From positions 1-31,127 of IMG/VR virus record IMGVR_UViG_3300020044_001002: 31,127 bases of DNA; one strand, 5' to 3'. The stretch comes from a virus. Taxonomy: Duplodnaviria > Caudoviricetes. A model generated the notes under the pieces. The model worked only from the letters and a program-made list of their open reading frames with translations, was not told where the DNA came from and did no database searches. Positions 13,117-23,196 of the stretch are shown one piece after another. The stretch's first letter is position 1; each line of letters begins with the position of its first letter. Position numbers and translations under genes: made by a program.

Positions 13117-13860
13117 TTAGCCTTTCATAATATAGGCTAGAGCATAATATGGAGGAAGATTAGCATTAGTTCCGCTTACACCAGTTGAAGAATTTGTGGT
13201 TGTTGTCGCAACAGTAATGCCTGTTGTGCTAGTTGTTGTATCGTGAACAGAAGCTGAACCACCGCTGTAATATGCGCCAATATCGCCACTTGAAACTGAT
13301 TGATCACCACTATGATGATGCCCAGGATCAGTAACAACAGAAGTTGAAGTTGCGCTATGAGTATGGGAAACAACAATTGCATCAGCAGTTCCGCCTGTTG
13401 CATTTACTGCATAACTAGAACCAGCGCCAACAATAAAGCTATTTCTTAAATCAGGAGTTCCATTTGTTCCATCGCACAAATACCAAGTAGCAGGAATCGA
13501 TCCTGTTGATCCTGACCATAAAAGGATGCAGCCAGCAGGAACAGCAGGAGATGATACAGGCGCATTTTGAAGAATTGGATAAATATTGTCTAAAGTTTGG
13601 ATTAATACATCATCAGCAGTTTTTAAAACAAACTTGTAAGAAAACCCAGTTAGCAACCAAATTTCCTGTGAAGGCCTTCCTGAAGCATCTAAAACAATAG
13701 GATTGGCATTAGCTACATTTCCGCCATTATCTGTATAAGTTACTAATGGTGTAGAAGATCCTGCTTGATAGGTATAAATCAAACCTCCAGCAAGAGGAAT
13801 CCCATTGTTATCGAAAAATTGTTGTCCATTGCCAAATGGAGATAAGAGAACTGATGCCAT
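13117..13860 (-). CDS. Short tail protein: P22-tailspike-like head-binding domain plus tail-collar domain
   Basis: QFFDNNG.PLAGG.IYTY.AG..TP..TY...NPIVLDASGR, then G.ILLWSG....IP..W.LCDG.NGTPDLR...NLPPYYALAYIMK; occupies the P22 gene 9 position. Confidence 0.8.
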   Translation of the reverse strand: MASVLLSPFGNGQQFFDNNGIPLAGGLIYTYQAGSSTPLVTYTDNGGNVANANPIVLDASGRPSQEIWLLTGFSYKFVLKTADDVLIQTLDNIYPILQNAPVSSPAVPAGCILLWSGSTGSIPATWYLCDGTNGTPDLRNSFIVGAGSSYAVNATGGTADAIVVSHTHSATSTSVVTDPGHHHSGDQSVSSGDIGAYYSGGSASVHDTTTSTTGITVATTTTNSSTGVSGTNANLPPYYALAYIMKG

Positions 13861-13862
13861 TT

Positions 13863-16388
13863 TTAATCCTTTAATTTGTAAATATCTTGAAGGCTATTTT
13901 TTTCTTGCTCTTTAGATTTTATTTCTTTTTTAAGGGCTTTTTGTTGTTTTGATTCAGCAACTTTGCCACTTACTTTTCCGCCAACAGCTTCTCCAGCTAT
14001 AGCTCCACCAGCAGCACCTAATGGCCCTGCAAGAGAACCAACAGCACCGCCAGCGCTACCAAATGCCCTACGAATACCTACATCAACAAATTTGTTTTGC
14101 AACATATTTGTCTGAACACCAGCGCCAGGATATTTGTTTGGTATGTATAGAATGTCCGCAGCCTCTATACCATCATAAATAGCTTCTAATCCTTTTGGAT
14201 CATTTTTAAATGCAGTTTTTAGCTTTTCGCTTAACTTTGCAGCTTCTTTCGCAGCAGCTACTGAGTTAAATGGCTGATCTTTAGCGCTATTTCCAGCCTC
14301 TCTAATTTGCTCAACAAGAGAAGTTTTAATTTGATTAACAGCTCCTACTTGTCCATCTGCCTCAAGAGTATTGAATAAATGGTTGAATTGGCTATTAGGC
14401 AAAGTAACAACTTTTGATGCAACCTTCTCATCAGGTATCTTTTGATTTACCCCATTATCTCCAAGCAAATCACCAACGGCTTTAGGATTGTCGTAAACCT
14501 CAATACCTTTTTGATAGTGCTTACGAGCCTTTTCGTAAGTTTCGCCACCAACTGCTTCAAATACATCTTTATCAATCAAGCCTTTAAGCTCTCCGCCTAA
14601 TTGCTTAGTTTCGTGATGATATTTGCTATTAATGTATTTGCGAACTTCTTCAGCTTGAGCAACTGTTAATGGCTTTAAATTGCCATTGTCATCAAGGAAT
14701 TGCTTTCTTCTTAGGAATTGATTAATACCAGTTTGCAAACCTTTTTCATTCTGATAAGCAAAGTTTTCATCAGCCTTTAAGAACTCATTAAATTTGCCAA
14801 GCTGAACTGGAGAATTTCCAAGGGTATCTGTAGCTTCTTTGTAAAGCGCAGTAGTTCCTTTTTGATGCCCTTCATATCCTTCTTGCAAAGCATCTTTAAT
14901 GGTCTTACCAACTCTAATCTTATCGCCTTCTTGGAATGAAGTGCCATGACGAATAACAGTTCCGCCAGTTTCATCCTGAATTTTCTTGAAGTGATTGTCT
15001 AAAGCAGCTTTTTCAAGATTAATCTGATTTGTCATCCCTGTTGCATAAGGGCCTTGGTCTGCTTGAGATGTAATAAATTGAGAAGCAGCTTCTTTAGGAT
15101 TTGCATTAAGAGCTGATGTTCTTACTTCATCTAAGCCAATCTTATTAAGTAAAGACTCTCTAGCCGATATTTCATCAGGAGTAAATGGCTTAGTTTCAGC
15201 ACGATTTACAGGCATTTCTTCAGGAACAACAATAGCTCTTTCTACATTTTGAACAACTTTAGGCTGAGTTCCTACAGACTCAGGAACAGTAGCGCCAGCA
15301 ACAGGAGCTTCTACTGTTGGTTTAGATCCAACACCTTTAATTTCAACTGTTGGAACATTTTCAAATGTTGGTTCTAATTTAGCTTTAGCTTGCTCAAATT
15401 CAGAAGTAAGTTTTTCTACAGCTTTTCCGCCAGTTTTGGTAACTTTACCGCCAACAACTTCAGTAACCTTTGGAAGTGCTGTATTAATCATCCATTCAAT
15501 GTCTGACTTTGGTAATCCTGTTTTATCCGCAATCCAACCAGCGCCTTTACCGACATTCTCTCCAATAAATTCAAATAGTTTGCCAGTTGCTTCATTTTTA
15601 TACATTGGATCATTTGAAATGCCAAATGCTTTACCAAATGGCTTATCAACAATAGATGCCATTCTTGTGCTGATTTGTTCAGCTTTTTCAGGGCTATCGC
15701 CAATAGTTCTACCAAATAGATAGCCAATTTGTTTAGCGCCAAATGGGATAATAGAACCAACTGTATTATCCAAAAATGCTGCCACATTCTTTCCTAAATC
15801 AACTGAGTTTTCTCTGACAACTTTAGGCATCATAGGGCCACCAGTTGCAAAATACTCAGCGCCCTTAAGAGTTGAGGCTAATCTACTTGATTTTGGCTTT
15901 TCACCTACTGTAGATTCAGATTTTTCTCCTTCAGGAGAAGCTCCACCCATTAAAAATGATGAAAATGAATCAGCAGGCTGTTGAGATTTTGAGCCAAAAA
16001 TAGACTTTCCGCCTTTTTCCATCAACATCATAGGGCCAGTAATTACATGACGAACAGCAGGATTTGTAAGATCGATTTCTTGATCAGGCTTTAGTCCAGT
16101 TTTTTCTGAAACAAATTTAATGTAGCCTTCAGTATCATTTTTATCTTCAGGAGGGGCCCACCTAGAAATAGCTCCTCTAAGAGTATTAATCTTGTGCTTT
16201 GTTCCATAAGCGCTCAAGTTTTGATCCATCAGCTTGATGCCTTCTTCATAATTGGCAGGCTGTTCAAACCCAGTAGATTTTCCTGTTGGTCTTACATTAC
16301 CAACATTGAATTGATTTGCACCGCTAGGATTAGTTTGAGCAGGAGCTTTGGACTGTCCACCCATTAAGAATTGGCTAAATTCATCCAT
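13863..16388 (-). CDS. DNA ejection protein (P22 gp16 position) with an N-terminal lysozyme-like domain
   Basis: N.GNVR...F...EEG...INTL..AISRWAPP...NDT..YI domain followed by a long helical region; synteny. Confidence 0.7.
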   Translation of the reverse strand: MDEFSQFLMGGQSKAPAQTNPSGANQFNVGNVRPTGKSTGFEQPANYEEGIKLMDQNLSAYGTKHKINTLRGAISRWAPPEDKNDTEGYIKFVSEKTGLKPDQEIDLTNPAVRHVITGPMMLMEKGGKSIFGSKSQQPADSFSSFLMGGASPEGEKSESTVGEKPKSSRLASTLKGAEYFATGGPMMPKVVRENSVDLGKNVAAFLDNTVGSIIPFGAKQIGYLFGRTIGDSPEKAEQISTRMASIVDKPFGKAFGISNDPMYKNEATGKLFEFIGENVGKGAGWIADKTGLPKSDIEWMINTALPKVTEVVGGKVTKTGGKAVEKLTSEFEQAKAKLEPTFENVPTVEIKGVGSKPTVEAPVAGATVPESVGTQPKVVQNVERAIVVPEEMPVNRAETKPFTPDEISARESLLNKIGLDEVRTSALNANPKEAASQFITSQADQGPYATGMTNQINLEKAALDNHFKKIQDETGGTVIRHGTSFQEGDKIRVGKTIKDALQEGYEGHQKGTTALYKEATDTLGNSPVQLGKFNEFLKADENFAYQNEKGLQTGINQFLRRKQFLDDNGNLKPLTVAQAEEVRKYINSKYHHETKQLGGELKGLIDKDVFEAVGGETYEKARKHYQKGIEVYDNPKAVGDLLGDNGVNQKIPDEKVASKVVTLPNSQFNHLFNTLEADGQVGAVNQIKTSLVEQIREAGNSAKDQPFNSVAAAKEAAKLSEKLKTAFKNDPKGLEAIYDGIEAADILYIPNKYPGAGVQTNMLQNKFVDVGIRRAFGSAGGAVGSLAGPLGAAGGAIAGEAVGGKVSGKVAESKQQKALKKEIKSKEQEKNSLQDIYKLKD

Positions 16389-17689
16389 TATAAAGATCCT
16401 GTTTGCTCTAATTTCTTAATGTTATTCCATTTTTCCTCAAAAATCTTCCTTGTTTTTTGGTCTTTGCCAATTAATTCATCTCTAGCTTTAGCTTTTTGCT
16501 CTGCTGTCATATTCTTATCATCAAAAATATTCTTTAGCTTGAAAATATCAGGATCAGCATTAGCAGACCACATTTGATTAAATGCGTTAATGTTTTGATC
16601 TCCAAATCTATCAGAGAACTTTTTAATTGCCGTTGCTTTTGAATCCAAAGCGTTCATATCTGCTTGAGTTCTACGAGCAATTTCAATCAATACTTTTGGA
16701 GGATAAGTTACATCGCCATTAGCCATAGCAGCTAATTGCTTGCCAGCATCAGTAGCTAATGAACCGCCTGATGCTTGAATGTTTGCAATTTGAGCATTAG
16801 CCAAGTCTTTAGAAAGTTCTTTGTAACGAATACCTTGTTCAGTTCCTAAGAATGTAGAAAGATTTCTTCCTGCTTTACCCATGAAGCCAGCGCCTTGCGC
16901 CCATTCTTCTTTTTCAAGTTCAGCAGCTTTTTTAATTGTTTCGTTAATAGTTCTTTGAGCTGATGGAAGTTCTGCTTGACGAGCAATCAAAGCTGTTTTA
17001 GTAGCAGTTCCAACTTCACGATCTTTTTCTTCTTGTGGAAGTGCTGTATAGGCTTGACCAGCCATTCTTACAGGATAAGACAATTTAACTGGCTTACTAA
17101 ACTCAGATTTAGATGGTTGCGACATTTGATCCGCAGTAACACCTTTTGTAGCGCCACCTTCTGTAGTAGTTCCTTGAGCTGGCTGATAACCACCAGCAGG
17201 CAACTGAGAAGGCAATACACCGCCTGGATACATTTTTTCAAGTTGAGATTGAGCAGTTAAAGTTTTAGCTAAATTAGTAGCTAAATATGACCTTAATTCA
17301 GATGGAGATCCACTAACAGGGATTCCTGCCAAAGCCTGATCTACAGCTTCTTTAGGTGCGCCAAATCGATTAGCTTGTTCTGTGGCTGACTTAATAATGT
17401 CATCAGCAGTTAAATCAGGCTTTGTAAGCAAAGTTTGCTGTTGTTGAATAATGCTTTGAATATGCTTGTAATTATTTTCTAACTTGGCTGTATCAGCTTG
17501 CAATACAGCAGTTTTAGCTTGGGCTTGACCTTGTTCTATAGCTGAAGGCAATAAAGCCTTTTCTTTTTGCAAAGCAGTAGATGTTCTTCCAAGATCAGTA
17601 AGCTCTTGTAAAGACATTCCCTTTGTAGGCGCTGATTGCGTTTGATAAATGCTTGGATCTGCAATTTGAGTAATTGATGGCATATTCAT
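16388..17689 (-). CDS. DNA ejection protein (P22 gp20 position)
   Basis: Ala/Gln-rich helical protein; synteny. Confidence 0.6.
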   Translation of the reverse strand: MNMPSITQIADPSIYQTQSAPTKGMSLQELTDLGRTSTALQKEKALLPSAIEQGQAQAKTAVLQADTAKLENNYKHIQSIIQQQQTLLTKPDLTADDIIKSATEQANRFGAPKEAVDQALAGIPVSGSPSELRSYLATNLAKTLTAQSQLEKMYPGGVLPSQLPAGGYQPAQGTTTEGGATKGVTADQMSQPSKSEFSKPVKLSYPVRMAGQAYTALPQEEKDREVGTATKTALIARQAELPSAQRTINETIKKAAELEKEEWAQGAGFMGKAGRNLSTFLGTEQGIRYKELSKDLANAQIANIQASGGSLATDAGKQLAAMANGDVTYPPKVLIEIARRTQADMNALDSKATAIKKFSDRFGDQNINAFNQMWSANADPDIFKLKNIFDDKNMTAEQKAKARDELIGKDQKTRKIFEEKWNNIKKLEQTGSL

Positions 17690-17692
17690 TCC

Positions 17693-18469
17693 TTAAGCTA
17701 CTCTAGGGCCAATAAATTCTGTTGAAGCTGGATTTACAGATGGATTAGTTGCGTAATTGTTATAAGCATTAGAGCCGTATCCGCCAGCAGTCAATTGAGC
17801 TTGCATAGCTGCTGGGTTATTCATGTTGTTCATAGCGTAATAAGATGCAGCGTTTGTAGCGCCTTGAACAGCTCCGCCTATAGCATTGGCTTGACCAATT
17901 TGTGATGCAGCTTGAGCATTACCAAGACCGCTAGTAATACTAGCAATGTTTGTCCCAGTTCCAATAAGTGCGTTTGCAGTTCCTTGTTGAGCAGTAAGAC
18001 CCATCTTAGCAATATCGCTTAGTTGGTTATAAATATTTGTTCTTTGAGTTTGAAACTGATTAAAAGCAGTTCCGTATTCACCTGATGCAAAATTTTGGCT
18101 GTAATCTTGAAGGCTTTTTAAAGCGTTACCGCCAACCATTCCACCAGTAGCATTGGAGGCTTGTAAATTAGCTCTTTGACCTTGACCAAGTCTAAATTCA
18201 TAACCAGGCGCTAAATAATTGTTTAAATCTTGATTATTAAATTGACGAGTAAAATAATCTTTATTGGCAGTTATATCAGATAAGGCAGTTTTACCAATAT
18301 CTGTGTAAGGAGAGTAGCCTTTACTTCCTTCTTCTCCAGCAGCCAACAATTGATCTTGCGCTCTAGCTGCTGCATCTGCTTGAGTTTGAGCAGCTTTTTT
18401 CTGTGCGCCTGCGCTTAATGAACCAGTAATTACTGATCCTGCTACGATTGCTGTTGCGACTCCTGACAT
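17693..18469 (-). CDS. DNA ejection/pilot protein (P22 gp7-like)
   Basis: Hydrophobic Gly/Ala N-terminus and PGYEFRL.QG...GGNALK.LQDY.Q.FAS.EY. Confidence 0.75.
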   Translation of the reverse strand: MSGVATAIVAGSVITGSLSAGAQKKAAQTQADAAARAQDQLLAAGEEGSKGYSPYTDIGKTALSDITANKDYFTRQFNNQDLNNYLAPGYEFRLGQGQRANLQASNATGGMVGGNALKSLQDYSQNFASGEYGTAFNQFQTQRTNIYNQLSDIAKMGLTAQQGTANALIGTGTNIASITSGLGNAQAASQIGQANAIGGAVQGATNAASYYAMNNMNNPAAMQAQLTAGGYGSNAYNNYATNPSVNPASTEFIGPRVA

Positions 18470-19303
18470 TTAATCTCTCCTTATTGCAAGGCTAATGGCT
18501 TGCCGATAATCAATAGTAATTTCTTGACCTAAATTTCCGCCTTGGCATCCACTAATAGCCTTTTTTGCTACCAAATCAATGTTTCCATTATCCCTTAAAA
18601 CCATGATTGCGTTAATACTTTTTGAATGATTTGTATATCTTCCAACTGGTGTTCTTTTGCCATCAATACGAGCTGGAGCAATAATCTCTCCTTCTTCAAT
18701 ATTTCCTGTTGCAAATACACCTTTTCCATCAATTTTTGAATTGGCAATCATTATCTTGTAATCGCCAAAAGGCATAGGAATCTGATCATCTAGGTTTTCT
18801 GTCTGTTTTCTGACTGTTTCATGGTCAAAACCATATTCTGCGATTGCCAAATAGTAATCAGCAACATCTGAAGAATTGTCTAAAGTAAGAAGCAATTCCT
18901 GTGATTTTTGATGTTCTTGCCAAGTAATGCTTTTATGCAAAAACATGGCTTCTAGCTTTTCAACATCAGTTTCATTGGTTGAATAGACATTTTGCCAAAC
19001 CATATCCTCATGAATATAGCCAATTTTACGACCTGGCTTTGCTACAAAGGTCTGAGGAGCGACTAATTCTGAATGAGAACCATCTTCATTAACCATTGTT
19101 ACTCGACCTTTGAGCATAATATTTAGATGCTCAGTAGTCTGATAATGACCAATCGAAAAAGTTCCTGCTGGAATGGCTACCTGTCTAATATAGATATTTG
19201 GAGCAAATATATGAGTTACAGGGCAATCAGCCTGCTTTTCATTTAAAAAGTGCTTTTCTAAGGTTTGCACCTTTTCTTCAGTAATGATTTGAAGGTTAGA
19301 CAT
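18470..19303 (-). CDS. Cupin-like domain fused to a SET domain (putative protein lysine methyltransferase)
   Basis: N-half: H.FAP.IY.R...IPAGT...GH....HLN...KG (double-stranded beta-helix). C-half: SKIDGKGVFA..I..GE.I, RYTNHS, EITIDY (SET motifs). Confidence 0.85.
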   Translation of the reverse strand: MSNLQIITEEKVQTLEKHFLNEKQADCPVTHIFAPNIYIRQVAIPAGTFSIGHYQTTEHLNIMLKGRVTMVNEDGSHSELVAPQTFVAKPGRKIGYIHEDMVWQNVYSTNETDVEKLEAMFLHKSITWQEHQKSQELLLTLDNSSDVADYYLAIAEYGFDHETVRKQTENLDDQIPMPFGDYKIMIANSKIDGKGVFATGNIEEGEIIAPARIDGKRTPVGRYTNHSKSINAIMVLRDNGNIDLVAKKAISGCQGGNLGQEITIDYRQAISLAIRRD

Positions 19304-19535
19304 TGTAATAAGGAACTTTAACTATTTTTCCATTAACTGTAATTTCAACAAAACCAACAGGATTTGTAGGCAAAACAGCACCACCTGATGATGCTGAAGG
19401 CGCTGTTCTAGTGAAATTTAGCAGATTTGAAAAGAATATTTGCCATGCTCTAGTAGGTCTTTTGGTCTGCTCATCCATAAACTCAGTCTGTGGATAAGGA
19501 TTATCTTGGCTGGGCCCCCATATTTGATTAGCCAT
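19296..19535 (-). CDS. Small virion protein (P22 gp26 position)
   Basis: TRAWQIFF...LP..P.GF..I..NG...KVPYY; synteny. Confidence 0.6.
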   Translation of the reverse strand: MANQIWGPSQDNPYPQTEFMDEQTKRPTRAWQIFFSNLLNFTRTAPSASSGGAVLPTNPVGFVEITVNGKIVKVPYYNV

Positions 19536-21664
19536 TAGTTTTCCCCTACAGATGCTTTTAAGTTTGCAGAAATGATTACTGCCTTAATAGGATCAGTAAC
19601 TACAACTTCATAAATTCGATCTCTAGCCCAACCTAATCTTCTCCAAATAATACGATTTTGGTATTTTCCAACTTTACCAATACCAGCCCAATGTTCATTC
19701 GACCAAGTAGAACCGCCATCATTAGACCAACGGAGCATAGCTTGAGGGTTAATGCCAATGTCATTTGAACCTAAAGGAAATGTTTCAACACCTTGCAATC
19801 CAACACCAGGCTGGAACTGAATCTGCAATTCATCAAAATATTGGCGCTGAAAGTCCGTAACCAAATGAGGGCATCTTCTAACTCTGCGAATATGCTGTCC
19901 ATTATCGGTATAGTTATTAGGATCGAGCCTATAAATTTGACCATTTTCCCAATCGCCTACCAATACTTGACCTTGGAAAAAGGCTGAACAATTCGATCTA
20001 TGTCGCTTAAAGTTGTTTTGGTTATCGCACCAAAGCCATTTATGCCACATTTGAGTAGAACCATCATAAACCCAAGTTAATTCAAGGCTAGGGAAACTAA
20101 CTACATAACATTCATGTCCTTCAAGCTGATATGTATAAGCTACCGCATCGCTTATATCCTGATTAACAAGAGTATTTTCTACGGCATGAGTAGATATTCT
20201 TTGTGGGAAATAACCATTCATTTGCACAATAACAGCTTGACCACGATCATTTCTTGAAACATAAGCAAATGAGTTGCCAAATCGAGCCATGCTAAATTGT
20301 GCAGCTATTCCATGCTGACTAGATGCGCCTGGGATTCTTTGGAAAGGGAATGGGAAAGTTCCTACATCTGCCCAAACTTCTGAAGTTTTTTCGCCCAATA
20401 AATATATCTGACCATGATCCACAATTAATGAAACTAAATCATCAGGGCCTGTGAACTTACTAGCAAAAGCTAATCCATAAGTAATAGGAGAAAGAAGGTC
20501 TGAAGATGCGTATTGTTGAGTATTAGGTCTGTTATAAACAAAATAGTTATCAACAACATCAACAGAAGAAGCTCCTGTAAATGCGCCATCAGTAGCAGGA
20601 AGTTCGCTAAAATTAAGCGCATACATAGTTCTAGATGTAACAGTTTGGCTATTGTTGATAACATAGTTACCAGTAAATCCAGTTCCTGTTCCAAAAGTCA
20701 AAGTAAGAGTTAATCCTGTTCCTGCTCCATCGGAAGAAGTTGAAACATTATTTGAAGGATTAGAAGTGTATTGACCTGAAAAAGTCCTTGTAAGTCCTGT
20801 TACAGCGCCTGAACCTCCAATAGATGTAACTGTATAAGTAGCAGGACTAGACCCATAAACACCACCCAAAACAGTTATATTTTCATTGACTGCATAACCT
20901 GTTCCGCCAGCAGCAATCGTTTCGCTTAAAACAGTTCCGCTACCTAAAGCAGTAATAATTGTTTTAGATGTTACTGTAGAACCTTCAATAGTTTGTCCAA
21001 CATATAAAGTTCCGCTTGTTATAGCGCTAACTGTTAAAGTTGTTCCTGACATTGACCCTGTAAAAACTGAGGCAACTGTCGCTGAGTTCATCGTAATAGC
21101 AGTTCCAATTGTATGACTTTGATTTAAAGTCCAAGTGCTTCCTGATCCGCTAACAATAACAGTTTGATTTGAAATTCCTACACCAAACAAAGACTGACTT
21201 GCTGCAATAGTGCCTGAAAGAACTCTAGTTACAGTAAGAGTTGTTCCGCTAATTGTGCCTTCAAAAACAGCAGAATTTGGGTTAGAAATGCGCCAAGTGT
21301 AACGATAAGTGCCATCTACAATATAGACATTTATGCCATTATCTGTAATGCCAACTTGACCTGTTGAAGTATTTAATTGACCAATAATAGTTGCCGTAAA
21401 GTCTGCGCCCATTACATAAACATAAGGGCCACATACTGCAACAAGGTAATCTTGACCTGAAATAGCTCTCATTCCTCGAACTGTTTGAGCAGTTTGAAGG
21501 GTTATCACATTGGTTAAGCCTGGAGTTGGATAAAGTGCAACTACACCCCTAGAGCCTGGAGGCTTAGTGGGATCAATCTCAGGCCTAAAGTTTATACACT
21601 CCTGTGCATCTTGATAGATGGATGGAGCTTCATAAGCTGAACCAACAAAGCCAAAATCTGCCAT
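19535..21664 (-). CDS. P22 gp10-like DNA stabilisation/tail hub protein with beta-rich insertions
   Basis: ALYPTPGL N-terminus, YQLEGHECYV.SFP...TWVYD, AMLRWSNDGG.TWS, WRRLG.ARDR. Confidence 0.9.
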   Translation of the reverse strand: MADFGFVGSAYEAPSIYQDAQECINFRPEIDPTKPPGSRGVVALYPTPGLTNVITLQTAQTVRGMRAISGQDYLVAVCGPYVYVMGADFTATIIGQLNTSTGQVGITDNGINVYIVDGTYRYTWRISNPNSAVFEGTISGTTLTVTRVLSGTIAASQSLFGVGISNQTVIVSGSGSTWTLNQSHTIGTAITMNSATVASVFTGSMSGTTLTVSAITSGTLYVGQTIEGSTVTSKTIITALGSGTVLSETIAAGGTGYAVNENITVLGGVYGSSPATYTVTSIGGSGAVTGLTRTFSGQYTSNPSNNVSTSSDGAGTGLTLTLTFGTGTGFTGNYVINNSQTVTSRTMYALNFSELPATDGAFTGASSVDVVDNYFVYNRPNTQQYASSDLLSPITYGLAFASKFTGPDDLVSLIVDHGQIYLLGEKTSEVWADVGTFPFPFQRIPGASSQHGIAAQFSMARFGNSFAYVSRNDRGQAVIVQMNGYFPQRISTHAVENTLVNQDISDAVAYTYQLEGHECYVVSFPSLELTWVYDGSTQMWHKWLWCDNQNNFKRHRSNCSAFFQGQVLVGDWENGQIYRLDPNNYTDNGQHIRRVRRCPHLVTDFQRQYFDELQIQFQPGVGLQGVETFPLGSNDIGINPQAMLRWSNDGGSTWSNEHWAGIGKVGKYQNRIIWRRLGWARDRIYEVVVTDPIKAVIISANLKASVGEN

Positions 21665-21673
21665 TTTCTAGCC

Positions 21674-22870
21674 TTATCTAAAAAATCCACCATTAAGAAT
21701 CCAACCAGCATCTTTTTGACGGCTTGAAAGCATTGCATCTGCAAATTGAGCAGTCTGCATTGGTTTCATATTTGTTCGTTTTAAAGTTGCTTTAGCTTGT
21801 GCAGCATAAGCATTAATCATGCTTATTTGAGTTGGAGAGGCTTTGCCATACATCGGCATCAAACGCTCTGCCAAACACCATCTAAGAGCCATTGAATAGC
21901 CCTGTGGCAGGACTATGTCATCATACATAGTGCCATAGTTGCTGAACAAAGTTTGAGCAAACAAATGGACTTCACCTTGAGATGGATTAGGCCATAAGAA
22001 AATATTTCCTGACTGCTCATTTGGATTGAAATAAACAGCTTTAGGCCAAGGGCCGTTTAGAGTTTTTAGACCAATAGAGTTGTAGTTATCCAAAGCCAAA
22101 ACTGCCATTTGGTAATCCAAACCACCATTAGCAATAGGCTGACCATTTGAGCTAGTATTTACTCTTACATAGGCAGAATCTATTCCTAATGGCTTTTGAT
22201 AGTAAGCAGTTATTGTTGAATCAACAATAGTTCCTGTAATAGTTGTAGAGGCTACAGTTTGAGAGGCGCTTACTGTATATGTTCCAGTTCCGCCAGTTCC
22301 GCTTACTAATGCAGTAATGGTAGTCCCAGCAGTAACACCAGTTCCGCTAATAACTGAGCCAATATTGACTGCGCCTGAAGTAACAGCCGTAACAGTTAAG
22401 GTTGTTCCTGAAATAGATCCTGTAAATACTGGGGTTTGAACACCTTGGACAATATTTAAAAGATATGTTCCCTGTTCATTAACATTACCGCCAGCTCCAG
22501 TTAAATTTCTAACAATACGAGTTCCTTCTGTAATGCCTTGACCGCTTAAATATTGCCCTTGAGCTACAGCTCCTGAGTTAATACCAGTAACTGTCATTAC
22601 ATTACCTGAAAAAGTACCTGTAAAGTTAGCTCCAACAAAGTTTGCTGTTGATGGATCAGGGCCTATCGTATATTGAACTTGTCCTGCAATTACTGGGAAA
22701 ATAATCTCAGTAATGTTAAAAACCATCATGTCCTCATTTGACCATTGGTCTATAAGGTCATTCATCATCTCAAAAGCATCTTTAGCCGAATCTGCTGAAG
22801 GTTGTTCTCCAGCTTCCAAAGCTCCAATGTCTTTTAATGCTCTACTGATAATGTCAATTGGTTTTGTCAT
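21674..22870 (-). CDS. P22 gp4-like head-to-tail adaptor with beta-rich insertions
   Basis: DII.RAL.DIG.L..GE...A......NDLIDQW N-terminus and LP.GY..ALRW.LA.RL...YG C-terminus. Confidence 0.8.
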   Translation of the reverse strand: MTKPIDIISRALKDIGALEAGEQPSADSAKDAFEMMNDLIDQWSNEDMMVFNITEIIFPVIAGQVQYTIGPDPSTANFVGANFTGTFSGNVMTVTGINSGAVAQGQYLSGQGITEGTRIVRNLTGAGGNVNEQGTYLLNIVQGVQTPVFTGSISGTTLTVTAVTSGAVNIGSVISGTGVTAGTTITALVSGTGGTGTYTVSASQTVASTTITGTIVDSTITAYYQKPLGIDSAYVRVNTSSNGQPIANGGLDYQMAVLALDNYNSIGLKTLNGPWPKAVYFNPNEQSGNIFLWPNPSQGEVHLFAQTLFSNYGTMYDDIVLPQGYSMALRWCLAERLMPMYGKASPTQISMINAYAAQAKATLKRTNMKPMQTAQFADAMLSSRQKDAGWILNGGFFR

Positions 22871-22878
22871 GATAGTTC

Positions 22879-23196
22879 CTATCCAATGGTAAAGGTATCA
22901 GCTAACCAAGGCAAATTTGCTTTTTTAGGAGCATTTTTTAGGTAATTAATCTGATTTTCTATGTTTGATTTTAGAAGGTTTACATCATCTTGGGTAGTGT
23001 CTTTTTCTATCCATCTGCGAATATCTGACTCAACAATTTCTTCTAAAGGTTTAATAACTGTACCTTGCTTAAATTCATGAGTTCCATGCGTTGAAACAGA
23101 AAATTCGCCATCAGATCCAGTTAATAAATACTCAACTTGGCTTAATTGACCATTAGAAGTAAATATTTGCTCAAATTCCCATTCAAAATTAATCAT
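22879..23196 (-). CDS. Hypothetical tail-fibre-associated protein
   Basis: Small ORF with an LPW motif near the C-terminus, following the fibre genes. Confidence 0.6.
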   Translation of the reverse strand: MINFEWEFEQIFTSNGQLSQVEYLLTGSDGEFSVSTHGTHEFKQGTVIKPLEEIVESDIRRWIEKDTTQDDVNLLKSNIENQINYLKNAPKKANLPWLADTFTIG

